Positions 42,106-55,390 of a stretch of 64,000 nucleotides of DNA are shown here, piece by piece. This DNA is from the human T2T-CHM13v2.0 reference genome, Homo sapiens. The stretch lies in NCBI RefSeq assembly GCF_009914755.1, contig NC_060927.1. One strand, written 5' to 3'. Each line of letters opens with the position of its first letter. The first letter of the stretch is position 1. Position numbers and translations under genes: made by a program. The notes under the pieces are model-generated. The model did no database searches and was not told the DNA's origin. It saw only the letters and a program-made list of their open reading frames with translations.

Positions 42106-45100
42106 AAGAAGTTTTAGCAAATTCAATGATAATAAAACTTTTGTGCTTCCTTTTTGTTGGTAGCTATTATCCCTGATATAAGGATAATAATTACACAAAA
42201 TATTACAGCAATGGAAACTCTCTATCCAATATTTCCGTTAGAAGGTGCTACCATGTATAGCTCTACTACAAATAGTAGAGTGAGTATAATAATTCCTGCA
42301 AGTGTGGTGTAGTAGATAATTTCCATCTAAAATTTTACTTGCTAAGATATAGAATTTCCTTTTGGGGCATCTATGAAATTTCTTGGTTTTATTTCCCTCA
42401 ACAAAGAAACCTCTGGGTTATGGTCATCCTACTCACTTTCATTACCTGGCAGAATTACAGCATAATTGCCCAGAACTAGCATATTGATCCAGATTTTTAC
42501 ATGACCCATCCTTTTGTGTTTTTTCCAAGCTGCAGGATATCACCACTTGATTCACAGGTAGAAGCAGGGTTAGTCTAAAATGTAGGCAAAAAGCTCAAAA
42601 ACAATTAGAGACTAGAATTTATTGACAAATATATGATAAGCTTTGGAGCATAATTTGTCTAGTCCTCATTTTTGGTAAAATCAAATTATGATAGGACCAT
42701 GTTGTTCCTAGAATAAATTTTAGCCTTGTACTTGGCCTGATTATTTGCATAAGGTGCAGCAAGAATGGTTATTTCTACATAGGCCTTTTGGATTGGCTTT
42801 GATAAAACTCTATTTCACAAGGAATCTCATTTAAGACCTTTTAAAGCCGAGCCCAGCCATGGGTTTTTATCTTCAAGTATCTGTGAGGTGGGTGATCCTT
42901 TTCTCTTAAGATCCCAAGATAAACTTGGAGCTCCTGGACTTGTTAGAAGGTGATATTCTTTACTGAACAGGGACTAAGAACCCTGTGCAGGGACTGTGTA
43001 GACAAGATATGAGGTCAGTTCTCTCCAAGAGACTTTTATTGGCTCTGCACATCAAGCTTGATTCCGTAAGTGGAGACCCACCCTTCCATTCAAAGCCTTG
43101 GTAAAATAAACAGTTTTTCCAATTGTGTCCTGTTGAAAAAAAATAGATTCTTATTGCACTGATGCAAACTATTATATTGCAATAAGTTAAGAGTACTCAC
43201 AGATAGTTTCCAAATTCTCCAAGAACCGGGAAGAAAGGAACAAACATGCTCCAGATTTTGTTAACAGTAGTACACCTTACTCAATTATTAAAGACTATAA
43301 ATAGTTCAAAATGAGTTTCCTTAACTGAAAAATAAAATAAGGATCAGCAGTATTCCAACTAAAAGTAAAAAAGGTTGCATTAACTTTCTGAATGCAGTCC
43401 ATTTAGTTACCTCTTGTTTTGCTTGACATTCATGAACATTTCAGTTCTTCGTGAGTCTTGTACATTCTTTCTCTATACCAATGTTACAATCTTCAAAGCT
43501 ATTAAAAACCTGCATTTGAGAACACCTGTTAAAGTTCTATAGCTTGATTATAAACCATCTTTTGAGAAGGAACAAAGCAAGACAATTGTCTGTGAATCAC
43601 AAAATTTCCATGGTAGTTATAATTAAAATATGACTGACAAAGAAGTTTAGTTATCTCCATGGTTTACAATAACTTTAACCTTAATTATGATTGATAGCAT
43701 TTACTTAGACATTAGAATTTTAGTAATCCCATACAATTTTGAAACATATATTTGTATTATTCACCAATATATAACCTAAAGAAGATTGGACATCATTTTG
43801 GCAATCTCATGTGACTAAACATGTCAAATAATCCTGTTTACCACTTCTCTGGATATTTCAGGGGCCCTCTGAACAATCCAGAAAGATAGACATTAGGAAA
43901 GACAATTTTGAAACTTGAAGTTTGATTTTGGGAAGCCCATTAAATGTTAGAGGTTTAAAACACTTGGTGTTATGAAATAGAATTGCATATTATCATAAAT
44001 TATTTACTTTGTAGAAATTATGATTCAAAAAGCAAAAAATCCTTTTATTACCCTTTACTATTGCATGAAAATCCTGTTCAAAGCCAAATTTTATACTTGT
44101 ATTAGTTTATTAATATTAACCCTCATTCTTAAATAAAATCTCATAGACAATTCCATCTAATCTTAACCAATTTGACCATGAGGTGAAATCTTTACAAGCC
44201 CTTAGTAACCCCTTTTGCTAAAGGACAGATTAGTGTATTAAGACAGCCTTGTTGTGCTTTTATTTATGTTCAGTTTATGAAAAGACTATGTAATACCCTT
44301 TTGAATTTAGTTAATGGTTACACATTTTTTGCAAGATTAATTTTTACAATCTTTTCACAATTTACTTAAACTTTAAGCTGTACCTTATTAAATTTAAGAT
44401 AGTCCCTTATAACTGGGCAAAATTTACATTTCCATGCTTTCTTATAATCTTTTACTAAGAAGCACATGTTACTGTTTTTATATGTCTTGCATGTAAAACT
44501 GTTTAATGATCTCAAATACATGTTGCACTGTTAACTCTTAGCAACTTTTGCTTTTGGTGAGAAACCTGGTTAGTAAGTGATTTTAATTATGCACCAGCTT
44601 AAAGATTAAAGTCACATGAACTAAAAAATGTTTGATTTAAATGCTTATTTTTAAGGCAATTAATTTGAGCTCTTTTATAGACATTACAGATAACACATAT
44701 ATACCAACACAAACACAAACAGACAGAAGATTCAGCACTTGTAAGATTTTTCATTTACTACTTTCTTAATTGGTACTGGCTTCAGGGTGGAGCCTTTGGA
44801 GAAATAGGGCCAGGGAGCATGCATTTTAGGGCCTAATAAGCATAGACAGCTGAAGGCAAAGACAGATCCCTAAAAGTAAGGGTGAAAATTTATATTGGAT
44901 TTTGGATCCCCAAAAGGAGGGAGAAAGTATGGGAGAATACAGTGTAGTGCTTCTGCCATGCATTTCATTACAAGGCAACCCGAAGCCAATCTGCTTATTT
45001 TGTTATCAGCCCATCCCCCATGGTAGTCTCATCTCTCAGTGTGGGTTGAGTATGTGTCCATATGTTTCTGGTGACTAAGAGCATGCTTCTCTGATTTATA

Positions 45101-45731
45101 ACCACTCTTAGCCATCCCTTAAAGTGTATTTTCTACCAGTTATTACATATCAAAGTTCTCTCCTAGTGTGAAGTAATTTGATACCCTCAAAACTAAAAAC
45201 TGTCAGATAATGCAAAACAGAACAGAGCCTTTAATTTTGAGAAAGACCTATCTGCTTTTAATTCCTTGGGTTTCCTGGGGGAAAACAGAGGGCTTTTGTT
45301 TTGTTTTGTTTCAAAACTAGGTCTGTGGTGCCTTCTCTGTTTTTTACAAGGAGTCCCAGGTTACCAGAAGTTATCTTAAAGCCTCTCGTCTGTGCATTAA
45401 GAGTGAAAAGACAAAAAATGGAGAAAATAATTCAGTCAACTGAGAAGAAAAAAAACTTTGTCCAAAAAAACAGGATCCAAGGAGAGAAAAACATGAAGGT
45501 CTTTTAAATACACCTATAACTAGAATATCCACTTTTAGTTAAGCTGAGCACTATTTAAGAAAATCCTTTTAAATCCCCTGTTACTCAACTTTAACCAGGC
45601 CAAGTAGTTAAGATATTTGGATTTTGAAATTTACAAAAAGTAACCTCACAAGTGAAACCAACAAACCTTGATTAGGTTATGACTTAACCATGAGTGTGCG
45701 AGGTATTTTCAAAGGGGTGATGTGCAGCATT

Positions 45732-46161
45732 TGAAATCATCACTACAAAATTGTGATGGAGATAGTGAAAGACATCCAACCTAAGCAACTCCATTTTGTT
45801 TCCAGCTCCCAAGATGTCCTTGCCTATCCCTGGGCATAGGCTGAACCAACTTTGGGAGGAGCCTGGTTTACAGTTCATAGTCTAAAACAAAGATGATAAC
45901 AGCCCCTTCTTAAGATATACTTCCTTCTTGCCCAGGGACCAGATCAAGAAACTAGCCACAAGATTAAAAACCATGGCCCAGGAGCCACGCTGATGGAGGC
46001 TACAAGACTCTGATCCTCCCTCAACTGCTCTCAAGGTCAGTGCTTAAGATATTTTGTAAGCCCTATGCTTGATGGATTAGCTTGCACCACCCAGATTGAT
46101 AAATTGGCTTATCTGATTTTGTGGCCCTCATCCAGAAACTAACTTAGCACAATAAGACAGC
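45732..46161 (+). mobile_element. 3'-truncated LTR8, antisense to the surrounding ERV
   Basis: tgaaatcatcactacaaaattgtga..gatagtgaaagacatccaacctaa..ctccattttg..ggaggctacaagactctga..cacccagattgataaattggc matches LTR8 as recalled. Confidence 0.8.
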
Positions 46162-46944
46162 CAACATTTTAAAATGGTAGAAGCTAAAACAAAGTATTGC
46201 CACGTGGTTACAGGTCATGTTCCCAAGGACATGAAACAAGATGGAAGCCTGTGGCCAAGTTCATTATTATCATTTTGTTGGGCTGATTTGAACAGCAGGC
46301 GTATGAGGTCCGGGGCTTGCATCCTAACCTAAGATACCCTTTCTTTTGACAAAACCATACAGAAAGACACACAAAGCACACCAGATTGGCTACATCTTAA
46401 GACCAACCTCAGAAATCCTTTTTCATTAATTAAAACTTTACAGACAATAAACAATGATCCTCATTATCCCTTTTACTGGTTTGCACAGTGAGTGAGAAGC
46501 CAAAAGCCTGACTTTTAAGAAGTTTTTACCCTTTTGCTGGCATGTCAGGCTTTTGGGTTCCCTTCCTCCAGCTCAACTCTAAGCCAAGCATTTTAAGGTT
46601 TGGAAAATTAAACTTTCCCAGATTGGAAGAACATTATAAAAGAACCATTTAAACTGTGTAAGAAGGAAAAACACCAAGGACCTCAGTTAAATTGTGGAAA
46701 CTTTCTAGATACCTATCAGGGTCATCAGAAAATCAGCCTAAGTCTCCTTTTATTTGCCTAAGTTCCTGTAATGAGAAGGGAACTTGAAGGGGCTCCAAAA
46801 AAAGGGTGTTCCTTACCTGGTTCCTCAGATTGTTAGAGTTGCTTCTCTAATTTTGGGGAGCCATTCTGTTTGGGCCTGCCCAAAATGATTACTATACAAA
46901 GCTGGGTTGATTGATCTTACATTAGCAAAGATTTAGTAAAAATG

Positions 46945-47064
46945 TCATGCCCTTGTGCAAAAGAAAGTGAGTGTTTTTTTCTTCAAAGTCCTGAGATTAA
47001 GAAAGTTCCAGTGTTTCAGAGTGCACTCCAGAGGGGTGCAAGCTGAAGATAATCTGTTACCCAT
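46945..47064 (-). pseudogene. gag: gag matrix N-terminal remnant of the nested ERV1
   Basis: Hand translation MGNRLSSACTPLECTLKHWNFLNLRTLKKKTLTFFCTRA*, matching the class I ERV MA pattern TPLxCIL..W....LKKK.LIFFC..AW with the final W changed to a stop. Confidence 0.8.
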
Positions 47065-47814
47065 CTAGAAACAGAAGTGAGAGAAATCGTCCCTTTGGTC
47101 TCCTTCCCTTCCACATGTGACCCAGGGTGGAGAAGAAAACAGTGATGGTGTCCCCCCGGCCATTTTTCCACCCTGGTTCCTGGGTCTTGGGACCCTGTTA
47201 AATGTGCTGCCCATCGTTGTAGGCATGACCCTCCAAGTCATGGAACCAAGAAATTAGACTTCTGGGCATAGTCACACTTACCCAAGTAGCCCTAGTCCTC
47301 TGTCTATTATCTCCCTTTGACTTTGTAGACTTGTGTGACCTGTGTGCCTCCCTCTCCCCCCAAAAAAAACAAAAAAAATAAAGGATCTTGGGAAAGACTA
47401 TATAAAAGGCAAGACTCCTTTAATGGAGGGGATATGCTAGATTGCCTCCCATTATGGCCCATGCCAAAGTGTTTAAACTTAGAAAAATGGTTCCAGTTTA
47501 CTTCTGGGCTTAAAAATCCCCTTACTAATTAGTAAGGGGAGACAGAATAGGTGCCTTAAAGGGATGCGGGGACCTAATGTTGATTTTCTTGCTGATGGGA
47601 CAGTATCGGGACTAAAATTTGGCTGTGAAGGACATTTTAATTCTAATAATTGAAAGCAGAGTGTTTCCATTCACAAAAGTAGCATAAAACCTAGTTTTCA
47701 GTACATAAGCGCAAAAACGGAAAATTGTGAATGTGTAATGTACCACAGAGAACCAACAATGTGTCCTATGAGGAGTATTTCTATTTTCATTAGGTGGCCC
47801 TGTTGACCTTAAAA

Positions 47815-47992
47815 CACCATGTGTTCTCTAGACAGAGTGACCTTGACATGCCATGTGCTCTCCAGGCCAAGGGCAGAGAGAGACCTGGAAATGTCATGTG
47901 CTGTCCAGACCAAGGGCAGAGAGAAACATGGCAATACCATGTATTCTCTAGACTGAGAGAGAGAGAGAGAGAGACAGAGAGAGAGAGAGAGA
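47815..47992. repeat. Degenerate ~43-bp tandem repeat followed by (GA)n in the ERV leader
   Basis: Repeated ccatgtgctctccaggccaagggcagagag-type units. Confidence 0.8.
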
Positions 47993-49738
47993 CTGTTGAG
48001 GGGGTGAGGGTGGCAGAAATCCTGTTCCTAGAAAATCACAAAGATGCCTTCCCTTGAGCTATATCCTGGGTTACTATGACAATCCCTGATCTTGTCAAAT
48101 AGGATTACTTCCCTAGGCTATAAAAACTCCCACACATTCAATGCACAGAGAGAGTAAGAGACCGTGGATAGAAAAATAAGGAAAATTTTGTGACAGGATA
48201 GCTGAGGATTCTTTAACAACACCCAGAGTGGGCTGTTGGAGGCTGAGTCCAGTCCAGAAACCTCTGAATAACACCAGAGCATGCCCTGGCCAGAAATTCT
48301 CATTTGCCTTAGAACATTTCCCAGCCTAACTTGATGGCTAAGTTTTATCCATTAAAAGAGACCTGTTAGGACAGAGCCAACATTCATTCCTAGCACCCTG
48401 AAGGCACTATGGCATTGACTAAGTCTTCCTCAGCAAGCCTTACATCTGAATCTTTAAGACCAGTGGCTAGCGTTTGTGACTCATTAATCAGCTGACAAAT
48501 GCCAGGATTTTTGATAGTTCTTTGAGAGAATAAACCTGAGGATGAGAAGCCTTGGAAATGAAAGTGAAAGTAGAGTCTTTTCAAGCTGATTTTCTGTTAG
48601 AAAAGAAATGTTTCAAGAGCTGTTTTTATTAAAAGAAAAAGCCTTACCAAGGAGTCTTTTTACCCTCTCTGTCTGCCTAAAACAATTTCTTAATAACTCC
48701 TTTAATGAGCTTTTCTTTCCAGGTTGGAAGGAATCCTTTTGTAAATGTGTTCTTTAGTAGACAAAATATCCTCATTGCTGCTTATAGTGTTTTAAGTTTT
48801 CATTTCCCAAATGAAGACTTATGATTGTTCGTTGCTCTTAAAATTATCATAAGTTAGTATTCAGAAGTGCTTGTTAGAGTATTCTACATAAATCTGCAGA
48901 ATTACAAAAAAATGAAAGCAATAAGTGTGAATGACAAAGATTAAAAATCTGATGATGAGAGCTCACCATAATCAAAAATCAACAAGAACTTTGGTTATCT
49001 CTGTGGCATACAACATTTTAACATAACAATCTAAATTATTACTAATACCATATTAAATTATTGGGAATTTTACACAATTTTGGAAAATTCATGTTAGTAT
49101 AATACTCATAAATATAACTTAAAACAAATCTAACATCCCTTACTCTTTACCAAGACTTCTCATATAATTCAATATACCAAGTGAGCCTAATTAGTTTAAT
49201 ATATCCCTTTCATAGATCCTTTGAGAAGTTTCAGAGCCGTCTGAAACTTTCCAAAGTGAGTTCAAAGACAAAACGACTTGTTTCAGAATTTGATTTTAAA
49301 GAAATTTGTAAAAGACATCAAAAATTTTAAAGCTCTTAATCAAAATAAGACCACAGGTGATCATGAAACAACAGTCATTTATTTCACCAGGGTGATAACT
49401 AAAAGACTTTAAAAGAAATTAGAGAAAGTTACATAGTTTAGGGGGAAAAAAAAACAAGCAAGCCTTAGACCTTTAACAGAGATCACTCAGTTTTACCACT
49501 TAATCAAAGGCCCTGATAAAAAAAAAAAAAAAAAAAAACAGGAAAAAGAAAATCATTTTGATAAGATGCAAGTCAGTTTTCCTAGGAAAACTTTTAAAAT
49601 ATAAAGAAAAACCTCCTGCAGTGTGATTGCTTCTCTTATGGGAAGCCCATTTAGAGAACCTGAAGTCAAGCCTGATGAAAAGTTACTTTAATTTAGTCAG
49701 AAATTGGAATAATGTGTATCTAAGGTTATGAGCACACA

Positions 49739-49798
49739 CCATATTATAGAAGAATGTGCCACATTACAGAAGAACGTACCATATTATAGAAAAACATA
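49739..49798. repeat. 20-bp tandem repeat, 3 copies
   Basis: ccatattatagaagaatgtg / ccacattacagaagaacgta / ccatattatagaaaaacata. Confidence 0.85.
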
Positions 49799-50033
49799 AA
49801 CAAGACAATTAGTACCTTGAGTAGGGGAATACACAGCTCTTAGAAAAAGTAAAAGCACATAAAATTTCCTGGTTACATGGAATAATTAAGACACATCAAG
49901 AAACCCAAGGGTATAGAATCAAGTTATATTGGAGGAAAATATTGCCCTCCTAGGCCTTTAAGGCAAACATTCTTCAGCATCAGGCCACAATAACAGACTT
50001 AGAACTGGAAATAGGAGAATAAAAAGCTATAAG

Positions 50034-50534
50034 TGCCAAGACCAGCTCAATTGTGGACACAGCAGGACTACAGGAATTAAGACACACACACAGAAATATA
50101 GAGTGTGGAGTGGGAAATCAGGGGTCTCACAGCCTTCAGAGCTGAGAACCTCAAACAGAGAATTACCCACATATTTATTGACAGCAAGCCAGTGATAAAC
50201 ATTGTTTCTATAGATTATAGATTAACTAAAAGTATTCCTTATGGGAAACAAAGGGATAGGCCGAAAAAAAGAAATTAGCTCCCACTAATTATCTGCAGTG
50301 GAAACATGTCCTTAAGGCACAGATGGCTCATGCTATTGTTTGTGGTTCTGGAACACCTTTAAGTGGTTTTCCACCCTGGGTGGTCCAGGTATTCCTTGCC
50401 CTCATTCTGGTGAACCCAGAACCTTCAGCGTGGGCATCATGGCCATCACGAACATGGCACAGTGCTGCAGAGGTTTTGTTTATGGTCAGTTTTGGGGTCA
50501 GTTTATGGCCAGATTTCAGGGCCTGTTCCCAACA
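50034..50534 (-). mobile_element. MER9 3' LTR
   Basis: Minus strand starts tgttgggaacaggc after the polypurine tract aaaaagaagggggaca (50535-50550). Confidence 0.95.
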
Positions 50535-50559
50535 TGTCCCCCTTCTTTTTCTTTTTTTT

Positions 50560-51640
50560 CAGTGCAATAAAAGCAAAGGCGGCTTTGTCACAGTGAGCTA
50601 CTTCTTGCAGGAGTCAGGATCTGCATCTGCAGACTATACAAAAACAAATGACACAGATTAATAACACACAATCATCATTGAAATCACAGAGCTTCCAACT
50701 GTTTTTATCCATTTCAATGGATAAAAACAGTTGGAAGCTTCGAGCTTCGAGCACTCCAGTTCCTGGTATTAAGGTCAGGTGTGCCTGGGATGCTTTAAAT
50801 ATTTGTTCTTTTAATTTTGCAATATCCAAAGACAAGTTTGTACAGTGTCCTTCTAGATGCTTTTTTATTCTTTCCTAAATTTTGATCTTATTAAGAGCCA
50901 TTAATATTTTCCACAAATCCTTATGTTTAGCTCCTAGAGTGGGCCATATCATTTGAGGTTGAGGTGCCACTATACCACCATGTTTCCAGATAATCGGAAC
51001 TCTACCATCTGACCATTTTGTTCAGACCAGCTGAACATAGTGTGGCCATGGCATGCAGACTGAGGGGTGCAGTTTAAGCTAAACATCCCCTTAGGGGACC
51101 AATCAATAATGATTCCATAGGAATTGTTGCACAGCACCTTGGCCTATTCTGCAATGCAATCTTCCCAAACAAGTAATTTCATTATTTCTGGCCAGGTCCA
51201 ATTCTGTTTACAAATAGGTTTTTGAGTGTGGTATGCCTCAATTATAGGAGCAGATTCATTATGGTAAATACTGAGATCAGAAAGCATGTGTAACTGTGTC
51301 ATAGAGTGATTACATCCAGGCATTATTGCTAGCCAAGATTGATAAAAATGCCCAATAAGTATAATTGTTCTCTATGTCAGCCCTTGTTGAAGGAATACTC
51401 ATGGCAAAGGTGATCACCACTATCATAGCTATCATTAAATTACTCACTGTGACTGGTTGTCCTGCTTTCCTCAGGTTTTCTTCTGCCATCTATGACAGCT
51501 TCTTGATCTGTCCCCAGGTGGGTGGCTGTGTTTGACAGGTGTTGCTCATGACAGTTGGGGTCCTCCTCAGCATCAGTCTCGACATGACTGCAACTGGTGG
51601 GTCCTCAGGATCCTCCCGGAATCTCTTCTTTGGCATCTGG
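50560..51640 (-). pseudogene. env: HML-3 env remnant (about half deleted, stops)
   Basis: TM motif [21 protein letters not shown] and hydrophobic [14 protein letters not shown]; SU-like sequence upstream. Confidence 0.85.
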
Positions 51641-54170
51641 CTCATGATAAGGTTTCAGGTGTCTTGATGGTATCCAAATTGGCTGCTTGTTTTGGCCTGG
51701 AGAAACGCAAGCATAACCTCTACCCAAAATTATTTTACCTATTTCCCAACTTTTTGTTATTGGATCTCTCCACCAAACCAGTTGTTCTGCTTCTGTCTTT
51801 GCAGCTGGTTTCTGTAGATGCTGTTCAGCTGCTGATAACATCTGGTCTTTAGGCAGGCTCAAAAAATTTAAAGTTAATAATGCTAGATTCAGTGGTGTCT
51901 GGGGTGTCCCGTAGTCCCTGTTTCTCTCCTTTTGCTTTTGCAACTGCCGTTTCATGGAGAGATGCATTCTTTCTACTATAGCTTGTCCTTGAGACTTATA
52001 TGGGATGCCAGTAATGTGTTAATATTCCATATAGAGAAAAATGTAGCTAGAGCTTGGCTAGTATAGCCTAGGGCATTATCTGTTTTAATAGAAGCTGGAA
52101 TGCCCATCACCACAAAACACTGCAAAAGGTGATGTTTAACACAGGCAGAAGACTCTCCTGATTGGCATGTAGCCCAGAAAAAGTGAGAAAAGTTGTCCAC
52201 ACATACATGTACATAAGCTAGTCTCCCATATGAGGGAACGTGTGTGACAGCCATTTGCCAAAGAGAATTAGGTTCCAATCCTTGAGGATTAACTCTTCCT
52301 GTAAAAGATAAGGAATGCACCATTTGCCAAGTTGGGCATCCCTGGATAATAGCTTTAGCTTCTTTCCAGGTAATGCTGTATCTGCATTTGAGACCAGAGG
52401 CATTAACATGGGTTACATTGTGAAAATGTCTAGCGCTAGATATTACAGTAGCAACTAGGCAATCAGCCATTTGATTCCCTGCAGTCAAAGGTCCTGGAAG
52501 AGGTGTATGAGCCCTAATGTGAGTGATGTAAAAAGGGTGCATTCTACTCCTGACTGCTGTTTGCAATTGGGTAAATAAAGTCATCAGTTGTTCATCTGTA
52601 TGAAATCATAACTGAGCATTTTCAATTAATTGTGTGGAATGAACCACATATGAAGAATCAGAAATCATATTAATAGGCATTTTATAAGCATTCAATACGT
52701 CAATTACAGCTACAAGCTCTGCTTTTTGAGCTGAAGTATAGGGCATCTGAAAAATTTTACCTTTTGATCCAGAATAAGAAGCTTTACCATTACTAGACCC
52801 ATCTGTAAAAACATTCTCAGCACCTTCAATTGGTTTAAATTTAGTTATTCTAGGGAGGATCCAATTAGTTAATTTCAAATATTGAAACAGTTTTAAGAAA
52901 ATGATTATCGAGAATACCCACAAAGTCAGCTAAATGGGTTTGCCAAGTAAGACTATTTATAAAAGCTTGCTGTATTTGTGCCTTTGTGAGAGGGACAGTA
53001 ATTTTTCCAGGATCATATTCATGTAATTTAACAATCTGAGTTCTCCCATTTCCTATCATAGTAGCGATTTGATCCAAATAAGGAGTTAGAGTCCGTGGAT
53101 TAGTATGTGGAAGAAAAAGCCCCTCTACAAGATCTTGCTCTTTTACAGTTACACCAGTAGGTGAATGCTAAGTTGGAAAAATTAGCAAATCTAGAGTCTT
53201 CTCTGGATCTATTCTATTTATTTGGGCTCTATGGACTTGCTTTTCAATCAGCTGTAACTCTGCCTCAGCCTCCTTTGTTAATTATCGAGGGCTAGTGAGA
53301 CTAGGATCTCCTCTAAGAATAGAAAATAGATTACTCATGGCATAGGTAGGAATGCCTAGAGCAGATCATTTCCAATTAATGTCCCCTAGCAATTTTTGAA
53401 AGTCATTTAATGTTTTTAGTTGATCCCTACGTATGGTTACTTTCTGTGGCACAATGGTAGTGTCATTTAATAAGGTCCCCAAGTAGGAGTAAGGAGTAGT
53501 AGTCTGAATTTTGTCAGGAGCTATAATTAAACCAAAACGAGAAATCAAATTTTGCATGTGATCATAACATTGGGGTAATATTTCTCAAGTGAGGGCAGCA
53601 CAAAATATATTGTCCATGTAATGAATAATGTAACACTGTGAAAATTTTTTATGAGTAGGTTCAATTGCTTGCCCTACATAAGTCTGGCAAATTGCTGGAC
53701 TGTTTAACATGCCTTGTGGCAACACTTTCCAGTGAAAACATTTAGCAGGCTGCAGGTTTTTTACTGCAGGAATTATAAATTCAAACTGTTCACAGTCTTG
53801 CTCAGCTAAGGGGATAGTAAAGAAACAGTCTTTTAAATCTATGACTATTAAAGGCCGATTTTTTGGAATCATAGCAGGAGAAGGCAATCTTGGCTGTAAT
53901 GTCCCCATAGGTTGTATAACTAAATGAATGGCTCTTAAGTCAGTTAGCATTCTCCATTTACCTGATTTTTTCTTAATAACAAAGACTGGAGAATTCCAGG
54001 GGGGAAATGTTGGAGCTATGTGTCCTTTTTCTAATTGTTCAGTAACTAAGTCCTCTAAAGCCTCCAGTTTCTCTTTACTTAGCAGCCATTGTTCTATCCA
54101 AATTGGCTTATCTGTTAACCATTTTAAAGGTATAGGTTCTGGAGGCTTAACAATGGCCACCATCAAAAGT
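51605..54170 (-). pseudogene. pol: HML-3 pol (RT, RNase H, integrase), frameshifted
   Basis: [20 protein letters not shown] (YMDD mutated); RNase H VFTDGS; integrase H..H..CPTW, WQMAVTH, IKTDN, VWWRDP, WIPSRHLK. Confidence 0.95.
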
Positions 54171-54890
54171 GATATCCTAAACCTTGGTGGGAACTTTGTC
54201 TTCCTGCTTCAAGCGGTTCCTTCAAACCTTGCAAGTTTTTTCCTAGTCCCATACCAGGGACATACCCCATTTCATGCATCACATGTTGACTTTGAGGGCT
54301 ATGTAATTGTTCTGGAATTAGAACTTGTGCTCCCCATTGTTATAATAAATCTCTTCCCCATAAATTTATAGGTACAGAAGTTACAATTGGATGAATAGTC
54401 CCAGGTTTTCCATCGGGCCCTTCACAATGCAAAATATAACTACTTTGATGTACTTCAGGGGCTTTACCAACTCCAACTGTGTTAAATTTAGTGGGTTGAC
54501 TTGGCCAGGTGGACAGCCATTGCTGTAGAGAAATGGTTGAAACGTCTGCTCCTGTATCTACCAAACCTTTAAACTTCTTTCCCTGAATAGTTATTTCACA
54601 GGTAGGATCTTTATCAGTAATTTGATTTACCCAATAAGCTGCTTTGCCTTGTTTATTTGTACTTCCAAATCCTTCTGTTAGTTTAATTTCACTTTTCCCC
54701 ATTTCCACATATAGCACAATCAAGAGCTGTGCTATATGGTCTCCTGGCTCTGCTTTCCATGGAACAGAAGTAGATATAACAATTTGAATTTCCCCATTGT
54801 AATCTGAATCGATGACTCCTGTTTGTACTTGCACTCCTTTTAAATTTAAACTAGATCTACCTAGAAGTAATCCTATCATCCCCACTGGCA
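54170..54890 (-). pseudogene. pro: HML-3 pro: 5'-truncated dUTPase, protease and G-patch
   Basis: GRSS, GVIDSDYNGEI, IAQL, GFGST; LVDTGAD; INLWGRDLL*; downstream MGYVPGMGLGK. Confidence 0.93.
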
Positions 54891-55390
54891 TCATCTGACT
54901 GGAGACAGCAACATTCTTTATCATTCCCATTACAAAAGGAGAACCTCATCCATATTGATTAATAGCTTGTTTAAATTCTTTGAATAATTTAAAAGGAAAA
55001 GACTCAAATGTAGCTATGATATTTCCCTGTTGATCTGAGGGGTGTATTCTAACAGGGAACTGCCAAGCCTCTAAATCACCTTCTCTTCTAGCTTACTGGA
55101 TTCCTGCCTGCATAGAACTGAGAGCGGTCACTCGAGGTGCTGCTCAAACAGTCACTGGGGCAACTACTTTTCACCCAGTGTCCTCTAGAGAAGAAAGATC
55201 TAGAGTGTCAGGCCACTCTTTTTCTTCAAAATAAGGAGGGGTACAGAAGGGTATGGATGAACCTCTTCCCCCTTTGCTGCTTTAGCTTTAGCTTGCAATC
55301 AAACCTGCTCTGTTACCCCTTCTGTTCGTCCTCATCATCAGTGTGTAAAGGTTCCAGGGCGGAAGGAACCAGAGCCCACAGTTGTCCCAT
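54891..55390 (-). pseudogene. gag: HML-3 gag remnant, heavily deleted
   Basis: ATG GGA CAA at 55390; EGDLEAWQFPV..FPFKLFKEFKQAINQYG*GSPFVMG capsid N-terminus. Confidence 0.85.

Larger units (their letters stand above)
41560..48705 (-). mobile_element. Second, nested ERV1 (MER4-group; MER61/HUERS-like) internal region with truncated 5' LTR; 3' LTR not recognisable
   Basis: LTR-start-like ..ctgcctaaaacaatttcttaataactcc at ~48580-48705; 5' leader 47100-48560; gag remnant at 47064; ERV1 3' tail gtcaatctaagggtcc..tttggagcttgattgcttctagg. Confidence 0.65.

Noticed and set aside
47815-47960. Spaced repeats as a CRISPR-like array
   Set aside because: Degenerate tandem units without unique spacers, inside a primate ERV leader, with no cas genes.
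51605-54170. HML-3 pol as a functional RT or integrase
   Set aside because: Multiple frameshifts, YMDD changed to YMDN, integrase catalytic D changed to A (WQMAVTH), and a zinc-finger C changed to W.
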